Part shown: positions 18,264-27,409 of the stretch, piece by piece
Position numbering within the stretch: position 1 is the first letter of the stretch
Layout: every line of letters starts with the position of its first letter
Assembly (NCBI GenBank): GCA_965203555.1
Contig: CBDBCY010000004.1
Span: 2,080,001 to 2,144,000, forward strand
Source of the DNA: Acidimicrobiia bacterium
Lineage (GTDB): Bacteria; Actinomycetota; Acidimicrobiia; Spongiisociales; ZC4RG35
Length of the DNA stretch: 64,000 nt
Direction of reading: 5' to 3'
Made by a program: the position numbers and the translations under genes
Notes under the pieces: model-generated
Databases searched by the model: none
What the model saw: only the letters and a program-made list of their open reading frames with translations
Told to the model about the DNA's origin: nothing

Positions 18264-18617
18264 CTACAGGTAAATGCCGAGGAGGATCACCACCAGGGTC
18301 AGGATCGTGACTGCCGTGAGCCTCCTTCCCCGTGCCGGTTCTTCGACCTGTGAGGTTCTGATCCTGCCGATCTTGAACACGGTGACGGCAATCAGCATCA
18401 CCACGGGATGGAAGAGGTCATCCCAAGTCCCGTTGACGACCAACAGGATGATTCCCAGCAACGCCTGCACATCCAACAGAATGGAAGTAACGCTCACCAG
18501 GGCAGGGTGATGGGAGGAGTCCTTGCTCCATTTGACCAGTCCTATCACCACCATGGCGATCAGGGCGGCCAGCACCAGCCATCGCAGACCCGAATGTGTC
18601 TCTAACAAAAAATCCAT
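18264..18617 (-). CDS. Small integral membrane protein (~4 TM)
   Basis: HSGLRWLVL..DVQALLG..HPVVM hydrophobic helices; leaderless TATCAT-N7-ATG. Confidence 0.75.
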   Translation of the reverse strand: MDFLLETHSGLRWLVLAALIAMVVIGLVKWSKDSSHHPALVSVTSILLDVQALLGIILLVVNGTWDDLFHPVVMLIAVTVFKIGRIRTSQVEEPARGRRLTAVTILTLVVILLGIYL

Positions 18618-18796
18618 GTCTCTGATGATATCTGCTATTGGGTTCTGTTTAGTCAGGATGGAACAACCGCGGCGGCATGATCCCGGTGGACACTGTTGGT
18701 ACCCTGAGCCCGTGGGAATAGAGGATACGTTCCATCCCATCGGCATCCACGGTTCGGTAAACCCGAGCGCAGAAGACATCGACAGTGGAGGATCAC

Positions 18797-19117
18797 ATGC
18801 TGTTCGAGTTGAGGCAGTACCAGTGCAAATCGGGAAGACGCGACGAGTTCGTGCGCTATATGGAGGAAACGCTGATACCCTTCCAGGTCTCGCACGGAGT
18901 GGTTGTGGTGGGATCGTTCATAGATGAGGAAGACCCCAACGGTTACGTGTGGATCCGGCGTTTCGACTCCGATGAGGAACGTGAACGGATTTACCAAACG
19001 ATTTACGGAAGTGACACATGGAATGAGGAGATACTGCCCGCCGTCGTAAAGATGGTCCACCGGGAACGTTCGGTGATCTCGCAGCTTCGCCCCACGCCGA
19101 AGTCAGTTGTCCGCTAG
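18797..19117 (+). CDS. NIPSNAP family protein
   Basis: MLFELRQY..YVWIRRF..LRPT; GGAGG RBS. Confidence 0.85.
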   Translation: MLFELRQYQCKSGRRDEFVRYMEETLIPFQVSHGVVVVGSFIDEEDPNGYVWIRRFDSDEERERIYQTIYGSDTWNEEILPAVVKMVHRERSVISQLRPTPKSVVR

Positions 19118-19148
19118 AGGTGGGCCTGGTCGGGGCACTTTCCGATGA

Positions 19149-19925
19149 TCAGCCGTGGCTGAGTAGTTGGTCTCTCAACCAGACGATGTCCGCCTCCTGG
19201 CCTTCCGAGGGAGTCTCCACCACTGCCGGGGCGGCGGCGTCGCGGACCACTTCGGCCAAAAGTTCCGACGGGATTTCCCCATCCTTGAGATTGGCATGGC
19301 GATCCCTTCTCGAGTTGAAAGGATCACGGGAATTGTTGGCGTGCACCAAGTCGATTCTTCCGGTTGCGGCCAGGATGCGTTCCACTAGTCCTTCCAACGG
19401 TTCTCCCCCCGCCCAGGCATGACAGGTGTCGAGCACGAAACCCACCTCCAGGTCGCCTATCTCCTCCCACAGTCGCCGGATGTCCTCCAGTCGCCGGGCG
19501 GCGGCGAAGTTGCCGGAGGCGGTGTTCTCGATCAAGACCGGCACATCGGTGTCGAGTTGCACCAATGCCTTGCGCCACCGTTTGGCGCCTTCCCTCAAAT
19601 CGCCTCCCCCCGTGACATGACCACCGTGAACCACCACTCCCGCCGCCGCGATCTGCGACGCTGCTTCGCAGGTTTCGGCCAGGATCCGCCGGCTCGGAAT
19701 CCGTATCCTGCTCACCTTGGCCACCACATTCACCAGGTAGGGCGCATGTACATAGATGGGGATCGGGGAGCATGCCAGTTCCTCCGCGTCGTCTCTGGGA
19801 AGGGGCTTTTTCCAGCTTTGGGGGTTCGACAGAAAGAATTGGATCGCTTCGGCCCCAATCGCCCTGGCTTTTGCCAGGGGCGTCTTGTTGGACAGGTGCG
19901 CTCCGATCAGCAAGGGACTAGGCAT
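19149..19925 (-). CDS. nfo: Endonuclease IV (AP endonuclease)
   Basis: IGAH, VHAPYLVN, VVHGG, LIENTA, LDTCH, HANNS, RDRH and ETP motifs. Confidence 0.93.
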   Translation of the reverse strand: MPSPLLIGAHLSNKTPLAKARAIGAEAIQFFLSNPQSWKKPLPRDDAEELACSPIPIYVHAPYLVNVVAKVSRIRIPSRRILAETCEAASQIAAAGVVVHGGHVTGGGDLREGAKRWRKALVQLDTDVPVLIENTASGNFAAARRLEDIRRLWEEIGDLEVGFVLDTCHAWAGGEPLEGLVERILAATGRIDLVHANNSRDPFNSRRDRHANLKDGEIPSELLAEVVRDAAAPAVVETPSEGQEADIVWLRDQLLSHG

Positions 19926-20493
19926 TGTCCTCCACTTGGACCTGTTCGGTCAGACGGCTGAGGTATTGGTTGCTCACTGTGGACACTACTTCGGCGCGAA
20001 CCGACCAGTCAGAAGCCAACACTCTCAAGATTCGGCTTCCCGTCCATCTCGCTCCCCACGGATCCCAGGGAAGGTCGTGTCCGAGGTAAATGGGATGCAG
20101 CACGATGGTCAGGCTTGACAACCGGCTCCCGTCATCGTTGGTCGGTTGCGCGAAGACACCTTCAATCCAGCGCCACGGTAGGAGATGGAGTGAGCGGAAA
20201 GGCCCGCGCAGCGCAAGGTGGAGACCGTCGGGCGCCACGATGAGGACCGGACGGAGTCGGATACCCGAGACTGTCCCCCAAACAATCAGAACCGCCCCGG
20301 CCGCCAATATGATCCCCGCCCACACCCGTTCCCGGGCCTCCAGGACCTCCTCTCCCTGGTAGACCCGCTCGGCCAACCCGGCGACCAGGCTGTTCCACAC
20401 CAGCAGGTCCAAGGCCAGGGCCGCCAGGACCATGCCCGACAGGGCGATCAGCCAGCTTCGCCGGGAAGAGTTGTAGACGGTGATGGTTTCCAT
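19918..20493 (-). CDS. Hypothetical membrane protein (2 TM + soluble domain)
   Basis: AGGAG RBS, two hydrophobic helices, overlaps the nfo start. Confidence 0.7.
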   Translation of the reverse strand: METITVYNSSRRSWLIALSGMVLAALALDLLVWNSLVAGLAERVYQGEEVLEARERVWAGIILAAGAVLIVWGTVSGIRLRPVLIVAPDGLHLALRGPFRSLHLLPWRWIEGVFAQPTNDDGSRLSSLTIVLHPIYLGHDLPWDPWGARWTGSRILRVLASDWSVRAEVVSTVSNQYLSRLTEQVQVEDNA

Positions 20494-20600
20494 ATTCTCC
20501 TGAAGGGGCGATTTACACGATACCCCGATGACTTTGGGAAGTTCCCGCGGTTCATCCGGCGATTGGCAAAAGCAAAGACGGAAGGATTAGCTTTGCAGGT

Positions 20601-21281
20601 GTGAAGCTGATACTCATCCGGCATGCCGAACCCGCTTGGACCCAGGGTGGGAGAATGGTGGGTAACCCTAACCTCACCGAATTGGGCAGGCGCCAGGCCC
20701 GGCGGCTGGCCGGGCGGTCCTGGTCGGGAGTGGATGAACTGTGGGTCTCGGAGTTGAGGCGCGCCCGGGAAACCGCCGCCCCTCTGGCGGAAAAGCTCGG
20801 TTTGACGCCGCAGGTTCGTTCCTGGATGAACGAGATAGGAGACCCGGTGGAATGGGACGGGATGCCGATCCGGCAGGTCGACGCCCGCATCTCCAAACTC
20901 GAACGGGCGCCTTCTCTCGAACGGCTCTGGAAAGGGGTGCGCCGGGGTGAGCCCTATCACAGCTTCCGGGAGAGAATTGCTTCCGGACTGCTACGGTCGC
21001 TGGGAGACTACGGGGTGCGAATGTTGGAACCCGATCAGCCTCGCCTCTGGCGACCCGGCCAGCGAAAGTCGATAGTGCTGGTGGCTCACGGCGGCACCAA
21101 CGCGGTTGTCTACGAGACGCTGCTGGGGTGTGGACCCACGCCCATCGCCTGGCACAAGTTTCGCTCGCTGCACACCGCCGTGTCGGTACTTGGGACCTAT
21201 CCCCTGGCCCATGCGACGATGTTTGCCCTGGAGAAATTCGGAGATGTCACCCACTTGGCGCCGGAGCAGGTGACCCAATAG
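20601..21281 (+). CDS. Histidine phosphatase family protein
   Basis: LIRHAE, LTELGRRQA, RARETA and VAHGG motifs. Confidence 0.9.
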   Translation: MKLILIRHAEPAWTQGGRMVGNPNLTELGRRQARRLAGRSWSGVDELWVSELRRARETAAPLAEKLGLTPQVRSWMNEIGDPVEWDGMPIRQVDARISKLERAPSLERLWKGVRRGEPYHSFRERIASGLLRSLGDYGVRMLEPDQPRLWRPGQRKSIVLVAHGGTNAVVYETLLGCGPTPIAWHKFRSLHTAVSVLGTYPLAHATMFALEKFGDVTHLAPEQVTQ

Positions 21282-21283
21282 CC

Positions 21284-22066
21284 TCAGCGTCCGTAGCGAC
21301 GCTCCCGCCGCGAGAAGTCACGCAGCGCCCGAAGGTAGTCGACTCGCCGGAAGGCCGGCCAGTAGACGTCGGCGAAGACGAACTCGGCGTAGGCGGACTG
21401 CCAGAGCAGGAATCCCGAGAGACGGGACTCGCCGGAAGTCCGGATCAAAAGATCCGGATCGGGAAGGCCGGCGGAATACATGTGACGGGCCAGGCCTTCA
21501 TGGTCGATTTGCTCAGCCAGTTGAACGGGATCTTTGACAGTGGTCCCGAGTTCGGCTACCAGGTTGCGGCAGGCGTCAACGATTTCCTGGCGCCCGCCAT
21601 ATCCCATGGCGATGGTCAGATTGCGGTTCTCGTCGCCCGGACCGGTCTGCTCCATGGCGATCTTGGCCGCGGTTGTCAACCCCGACGGCAGCAGATCGAG
21701 ACTTCCGATGAAACGCAGTCCCATTCCGTGCTGCCGGCAACGTTTCGGAATGCGTTCGAAGAAGCTGATCAGCACTTCGTAGATGGGGGCGAGTTCGGCG
21801 GCCGAGCGACTGAGGTTGTCTTTTGACAAAGCCCAGGCGGTTATGGCCGGAATCTTGAGTTCCGCCGACCAGTCGACGAACTTCTCGAAGCGGCGCATCC
21901 CCTCCCAGTAGCTGTCCGTGTAGGCCGGTAACCCGCTCTGGCGGGCATAACGGCGATGGCCGTCGAGGATCACTCCCACATGCCGGGGAAAACGGGAGGC
22001 GTCCATCTGAGCCAAAAGGCGTCGCTCATATATGCGGTAGAGGAGGCTGGTGAAGGGTGTGGTCAT
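21284..22066 (-). CDS. uppS: Cis-isoprenyl diphosphate synthase (UppS family)
   Basis: HVGVILDGHRR, YGGRQEI and PDLLIRTSGESRLSGFLLWQSAYAE motifs. Confidence 0.93.
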   Translation of the reverse strand: MTTPFTSLLYRIYERRLLAQMDASRFPRHVGVILDGHRRYARQSGLPAYTDSYWEGMRRFEKFVDWSAELKIPAITAWALSKDNLSRSAAELAPIYEVLISFFERIPKRCRQHGMGLRFIGSLDLLPSGLTTAAKIAMEQTGPGDENRNLTIAMGYGGRQEIVDACRNLVAELGTTVKDPVQLAEQIDHEGLARHMYSAGLPDPDLLIRTSGESRLSGFLLWQSAYAEFVFADVYWPAFRRVDYLRALRDFSRRERRYGR

Positions 22067-22097
22067 GAACTGGCGGCAGGTCGGTTGCTTGTAAATC

Positions 22098-22880
22098 CTA
22101 TCCTGAACCCTTCGGATCCCAACTGAAGAACCGGGTGGTCAGTACCAACCCGAGCACCAGCCAGGCGCCCATGATCGCCAGATTCTCCCAACCCAGGATC
22201 TGCCCGTCATGGAAGGGGTTGAACGAGTCGCCGAAAGGCTCCGCGAAATGCTTGAGCGGGAAAACGTCTCCCAGGACAAGCAGCCACCCTGGGGCATCGT
22301 CGAGGGGGATGAAAATCCCCGAGATGAAAGCCATTGGCAGAAAGACGGCATTGGCCACCGCCGGCACCGAGTCGGCGTTCTTGACAACTGCACATACCGA
22401 CAGGCCGAGCGCCGAAAAGGTGGCCATGCCCAGTACGAACACCAGCAGGGCAACTCCCAGGTTGTCCCATAACATGACGAAGCCGAACAAAGCCCATGCC
22501 ACCGAGAACATCACCACCACCGACACCAACGCGACCCACACCGCTGAGCCGATCCGCCCCCCCATGTAGATCCATGGTGGAAGCGGTGTGCCCCGCACCC
22601 GCTTGAGAATGCCCTGATCGCGGGCCAGGGCGGTGCCGATCGACAGGCTGGTGAAAGTTGCCGATCCGGCCGCGAAGACCGCCATGGCGGGCGCGAAGAA
22701 TTGAGAGAACCGGTACCCCTCGGTCACCTCGGCGCTTCCAAAGAGCACACTGAACAACACCAGGAAGAAGACCGGGAGGGCCAAGGTGAAGAAAGCGGCC
22801 ACCGGTGTTCTCCAAAAGGTGCGGTTCTGGCTGCGGATCTGTCGCCACAACAAGGGAAGGCCGGCTCGCACAGCGGTCAT
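22098..22880 (-). CDS. ABC-2 type exporter permease
   Basis: Six hydrophobic helices; GILKRVRGTP and FISGIFIP motifs. Confidence 0.9.
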   Translation of the reverse strand: MTAVRAGLPLLWRQIRSQNRTFWRTPVAAFFTLALPVFFLVLFSVLFGSAEVTEGYRFSQFFAPAMAVFAAGSATFTSLSIGTALARDQGILKRVRGTPLPPWIYMGGRIGSAVWVALVSVVVMFSVAWALFGFVMLWDNLGVALLVFVLGMATFSALGLSVCAVVKNADSVPAVANAVFLPMAFISGIFIPLDDAPGWLLVLGDVFPLKHFAEPFGDSFNPFHDGQILGWENLAIMGAWLVLGLVLTTRFFSWDPKGSG

Positions 22881-23806
22881 CCTTGCTGCTTTTCAATGTC
22901 CGCTTGGTCCATGATGTCGAGGTAGATGTCCTCCAGGCTGGGCCGGGTCACCGTCAGGCCGACCAATTCCACGCTCCCCTCGACAGCCCAGCGGGTGAGG
23001 GAGTACAGATCGGCGGTCGGCTGGGTGGTGTGGTACGTCACCTTGTTGTCCGTTATGGCGGGACCGTCGCGAAGAGCAGGGAGCCCGGCGGTATCGGCAA
23101 TGCTGAATCGGACTGTGGTGACTGCCTGTGTCGAGCCCAAAGACTGGGGCGTTCCCTCAGCCACAATTCTTCCCTCGTTGAGAACCACTATCCGATCGGC
23201 CAGATGCTGAGCTTCGTCGAGGTAGTGGGTAGTCAGGAGAATGGTTTTACCCAGGGCGGTGAGCCCTTCCACCAATTCCCAGGACTTGCGGCGTGCAGCA
23301 GGGTCGAATCCGGTGGTGGGTTCGTCCAAGAACACCAGATCAGGATCTCCCACCAGTCCCAGGGCGAGGTCGAGTCGGCGACGCTGGCCGCCTGACAGAG
23401 TCTTGATCCGGGCATCGGCCTTTTCCTCCAGCCCAACCAGCGAGATGAGGTCATCGGCGGGGCGCCGACGGGAATAGGACATCCCGTACAGTTCGATCAC
23501 TTCCCGCACAGTCAGAACCAGTTCGACGCCGGTTTCCTGGAGCACGATGCCGATCCGATCGCGGAAGGCCCGCCCGCCGGCGGCTGGACGAAAGCCGAGC
23601 ACGTCGATTTCGCCGGAGTCGGCCTGCCGGTACCCCTCCATTATCTCGACTGCGGTGGTTTTCCCCGCTCCATTGGGTCCGAGCAACGCCAGAACCTCTC
23701 CTTCAGCCACCGAGAAACTCACCCCATCAAGCGCAGTCACATCGCCATATCTCTTCACCAGGTTCTTCACAGTTATGGCGGAGGGCACCGAACCCAGGAT
23801 ACACAT
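22877..23806 (-). CDS. ABC-2 type exporter ATP-binding protein
   Basis: GPNGAGKTT, LSGGQRRR and LDEPTTG motifs. The start may be slightly downstream. Confidence 0.93.
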   Translation of the reverse strand: MCILGSVPSAITVKNLVKRYGDVTALDGVSFSVAEGEVLALLGPNGAGKTTAVEIMEGYRQADSGEIDVLGFRPAAGGRAFRDRIGIVLQETGVELVLTVREVIELYGMSYSRRRPADDLISLVGLEEKADARIKTLSGGQRRRLDLALGLVGDPDLVFLDEPTTGFDPAARRKSWELVEGLTALGKTILLTTHYLDEAQHLADRIVVLNEGRIVAEGTPQSLGSTQAVTTVRFSIADTAGLPALRDGPAITDNKVTYHTTQPTADLYSLTRWAVEGSVELVGLTVTRPSLEDIYLDIMDQADIEKQQG

Positions 23807-23977
23807 CGGATGGGGGCTTCTTTTCGAGCGGGTTGGTTGATTTCTCCACTGGCAGGGGCATCTATCGGGTTCGCCATTGGGAAGCTAATTCCAAAGAAAC
23901 AGAAGATAAGAAATATATTTATCAAATCTATTAGAAGTCTTACTAGTATAAAATCCAATGCAGGGGGTTTGGCGCAC

Positions 23978-25555
23978 ATGAAACCGGGGGAGATCCATCA
24001 GAGCCTGGCGACAACCAACCGATGGTGGAGCCATCCGGCAGAGTGGACCGGAGACGATCCTGATCTGCGCAACGCTGACAGGGCGCCCTTTCACTACAGA
24101 GCCGGGGTCCTCTCCGGCCTCACGCCCGGCGGATTATATGTGCTGCGAGGACCACGGCGGGTGGGAAAGTCGGTAGAGGTGAAGCGTGCCATCGTGGGCC
24201 TGCTATCCGACGGAGTCCACCCCCGTCGGATAGTGCATATGTCTATGGAAGGCTGGAGCGCCAACCGGTTACACCGTTTGGTCGACGCCGCCCAACAACT
24301 GACACTGGACGGTCCCCGCTATTGGTTTCTCGACGAGATCACCGGGATGATCGGAAGTTGGCCGCAAAGGATCAAATGGCTGAGGGACAACGATCCTCGC
24401 TTCCAAACCGATACGGTGGTTCTAACCGGCTCGTCCTCGGCAGATCTGCGGGAGGCGGTGGGTGTGCTGGCGGGACGGCGAGGCGCGGCCACGACTCCGG
24501 ATCGGGTCTTGTTGCCGATGGGATTCCGAGATTTCGTGGCTCTGGTGGCAAACGGCAAGCTACCTGAGGAGATCGGACCTTTGCGGATCGATACCCTCGC
24601 CGAGCAGTTGCGCGAAGCGTGTTTCGAGTTGGCGCCCTGGCTGGGGATACTGGTCAATGCCTGGGAGATCTACCTTTGGGTGGGAGGCTTCCCTCTTGCT
24701 GTGTCGGGCTATCTACGCGAGCGTGAGGTCGATCCTGCTCTGTGGAGAGGACTGTGGGAAGTCATAAGTGGTGACGCTTTCCGAAGGGCTCGGCAATCCG
24801 ACCTCCAGACCAAGAAGATGTTGCAACGTCTCGCCGCAGGTCTGGGATCCCCCGTCAACGTAGCACGAATCGCTCGGGCAACAGATGTGACACCAACCAC
24901 CGCTCAACAACGAATCGACAATCTTCGGGAGGCGTTCGTGGTTTGGCCGTGTTACAAGGAAGAAGGATTGAGGCCGAGACTCCAGGCCCAGAAGAAGATC
25001 TATTTCACCGATCCGGTCTACCGCCTGCTTACGTCACAGACCACAGATCTGTCGGTCCTGTCCGAACAGCAATTGGGTATGGCCTTACTCCGCAGCTTGG
25101 AACGGGAGAATCCTGGTTCCTACGTCCACTTTGACCGGGTCTTGCATCATCGCACCAAGGCGGGCAGGGAGATCGACTTCGTGGGGCCGGACTTCGGGGA
25201 CGTGGCAATAGAGTCCAAGTATGTTGATGATGATCCCTGGCGACACTCCGAGGGTCGCATCCTGAGAGCCTCTCCCTGGTTGGGTATCGTGGCCACCCGT
25301 AACCTGCTGGATCTGGATGACCGCCACACTTTGGCTGTCCCTGCCGCCATGATCGCTTGGCTGCTCGACACTCAGCGAAGCGAGTCGCCGATCCGATCCG
25401 CCGTCCCACCTGATTTAAGGAGTCAGTGGCCGCAAGCGGCATCTCCTTTCCGCGATGAGACCCCTGACGAAGAACCCCTGCCCGGATTCTCCGGCTCAGT
25501 CAATCCTCAACGGCACAGCCTTGGCCGAACCCCTCCGTCAGGATGGAGCGTCTGA
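23978..25555 (+). CDS. AAA_14 ATPase with DUF4143 / PD-(D/E)xK-like C-terminus
   Basis: GPRRVGKS, FLDEI, LTGSS, LAGR, GGFP, KKIYFTD and EIDF..IESK motifs. Preceded by an AT-rich promoter region. Confidence 0.88.
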   Translation: MKPGEIHQSLATTNRWWSHPAEWTGDDPDLRNADRAPFHYRAGVLSGLTPGGLYVLRGPRRVGKSVEVKRAIVGLLSDGVHPRRIVHMSMEGWSANRLHRLVDAAQQLTLDGPRYWFLDEITGMIGSWPQRIKWLRDNDPRFQTDTVVLTGSSSADLREAVGVLAGRRGAATTPDRVLLPMGFRDFVALVANGKLPEEIGPLRIDTLAEQLREACFELAPWLGILVNAWEIYLWVGGFPLAVSGYLREREVDPALWRGLWEVISGDAFRRARQSDLQTKKMLQRLAAGLGSPVNVARIARATDVTPTTAQQRIDNLREAFVVWPCYKEEGLRPRLQAQKKIYFTDPVYRLLTSQTTDLSVLSEQQLGMALLRSLERENPGSYVHFDRVLHHRTKAGREIDFVGPDFGDVAIESKYVDDDPWRHSEGRILRASPWLGIVATRNLLDLDDRHTLAVPAAMIAWLLDTQRSESPIRSAVPPDLRSQWPQAASPFRDETPDEEPLPGFSGSVNPQRHSLGRTPPSGWSV

Positions 25556-25601
25556 CCACAGACCAGGAGTTGGCGCTGCCTCCGATTCGTCCGAGCCCGC
25601 C

Positions 25602-27398
25602 TCAAGAAGAACAGCCTTCCTCAAGGAGGGACACGGGCAGCGGAACATATTTGGCCCGCAGATACTCGCCCAGGCTCTTGGCCTGCGGATCGGTGTGAGT
25701 GTTGGACGATACTCCCTCTCCCAGGAGTCCGCGTACCACGAAGTTGATCGCCCACAGGTTGGGAAGAATGTGCCGTTCCACCTTGAGGTCGGCGGCTTCG
25801 GACACCATTTTTCGGAAGCGTGAAACGGTTAGGAACTGGACAATCCACTCGAAGGCATCCGGGCTCTCTGCCCAAACCCCCACATTGGCGTCTCCGCCCT
25901 TGTCACCGGAACGAGCACCGGCAACCCTTCCCAGGGGGACCATCACCGTCTGTGCGCCGTGCCACCGCGAACTGTCCCTCGATTCGGCGGTGGAATCGGC
26001 GCCGGCCGGTGCAAGGCTGGTGTCTCCGCCGGCCCCGGCCTCGGGTGGCCGGTAGAGGGGAACTTCCCTCTCGCGGTCCCCCAAACGTACCTTCTGGAGG
26101 ACCTCGGAAGCGTCCACGGCGGTCGGCCAGTAAACGGCGTAGGGAGAGGAGTCCTGCGGCGGAGCGGTCATGAAGAATCCCGGATAGTGCGCCAGCGCCA
26201 ACTCCACGGCCGCCCGCGAGAAACGGCGGCCAACCTTTTTGGGATCGGCATCCTTGACTGTGATGCGAAGTTGCGACATAGCCGCCTCGTTGGTGGCGGG
26301 ATCGGCATGGCCGGTGTCACTGAAAGTGACGGCCGCCTCCCCAAACTGTTCTGCTCCTCCCAGACTCTCCCACAAAGCCCTGGTGACCGACTCCGCCTTC
26401 CGATCGGCGTCCAAGCCGGTAATCATCATGGTGACGCTGTTGCGGTATCCACCCAGGTAGTTGAGAGCAACTTTCAAAGTGGAGGGAGGGGGTTCACCGC
26501 GGACTCCGGTGACCGCCACCCGGTCGGGTCCCTTCTGGGAGAGTTGGATGGTATCGAGACGGGCGGTTACATCGGGATTGTGATATCGCACCCCTCCCAC
26601 CTCGTACAAGAGTTGGGCAGTGACGGTTCCCACCGACACAAGCCCTCCGGTTCCCGGGTGCTTGGTTATAACCGCCGAGCCGTCAGCCGCCAGCTCGGCG
26701 ATGGGAAATCCCACCCGCTCGGGCATGGGCACCCGGTCGAAGAAGGCATAGTTTCCCCCGGTGCACTGTGCTCCGCATTCGATGATGTGCCCCGCCACCA
26801 GGGCGCCGGCCAGGGCGTCGTAGTCGTCCACTGCCCAGTCGAAGGCCCACATCCCCGGGCCGATCACCACTGCGGCGTCTGTTACCCGTCCCGTAACCAC
26901 CACGTCGGCGCCCCGGGAAAGCGCCTGGGCAATGCCCGTTCCGCCCAGGTAGGCGTTGGCGGTGAGGGGTTTGATGCTCGACGGCAGGGGCTGTCCGGTA
27001 TCGAAGTGGCGTAGCCCGTTCAGCTTCTGCAACTCCCCTACCCGCCCGGAAAGATCGTCTCCCGTTACACAGGCGATCCGCGGTTGCAGACCGAGACGAT
27101 CGGCCAGTTCTCCCAACCGTTCCGCCATTCCCTCCGGGTTGAGTCCGCCGGCGTTGGACACCACTTTTATTCCCCGATCCAGGCAGGTTCCCAACACTTG
27201 TTCCATCTGTGTCAGAAAGGTGCGGACATACCCGCCCTTGGGATCCCGTCGCCGCAACCGCCAGAGGATCGCCATGGTCAGTTCGGCCAGATAGTCCCCG
27301 GTGAGAACATCGATGGGCCCTCCTTCCACCATCTCCCGGGCCGCGGCGAGCCGGTCACCGTAAAAGCCGGAACAATTGGCGATACGCAGGGCATTCAC
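25602..27398 (-). CDS. Acyclic terpene utilization AtuA family protein
   Basis: RIANCSGFYGDR, DYLAELTM, GHIIECG, AQLLYE, ARSGDKGG and DPQAKSLGE motifs. Confidence 0.92.
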   Translation of the reverse strand: MNALRIANCSGFYGDRLAAAREMVEGGPIDVLTGDYLAELTMAILWRLRRRDPKGGYVRTFLTQMEQVLGTCLDRGIKVVSNAGGLNPEGMAERLGELADRLGLQPRIACVTGDDLSGRVGELQKLNGLRHFDTGQPLPSSIKPLTANAYLGGTGIAQALSRGADVVVTGRVTDAAVVIGPGMWAFDWAVDDYDALAGALVAGHIIECGAQCTGGNYAFFDRVPMPERVGFPIAELAADGSAVITKHPGTGGLVSVGTVTAQLLYEVGGVRYHNPDVTARLDTIQLSQKGPDRVAVTGVRGEPPPSTLKVALNYLGGYRNSVTMMITGLDADRKAESVTRALWESLGGAEQFGEAAVTFSDTGHADPATNEAAMSQLRITVKDADPKKVGRRFSRAAVELALAHYPGFFMTAPPQDSSPYAVYWPTAVDASEVLQKVRLGDREREVPLYRPPEAGAGGDTSLAPAGADSTAESRDSSRWHGAQTVMVPLGRVAGARSGDKGGDANVGVWAESPDAFEWIVQFLTVSRFRKMVSEAADLKVERHILPNLWAINFVVRGLLGEGVSSNTHTDPQAKSLGEYLRAKYVPLPVSLLEEGCSS

Positions 27399-27409
27399 CG
27401 CATCTCCTG

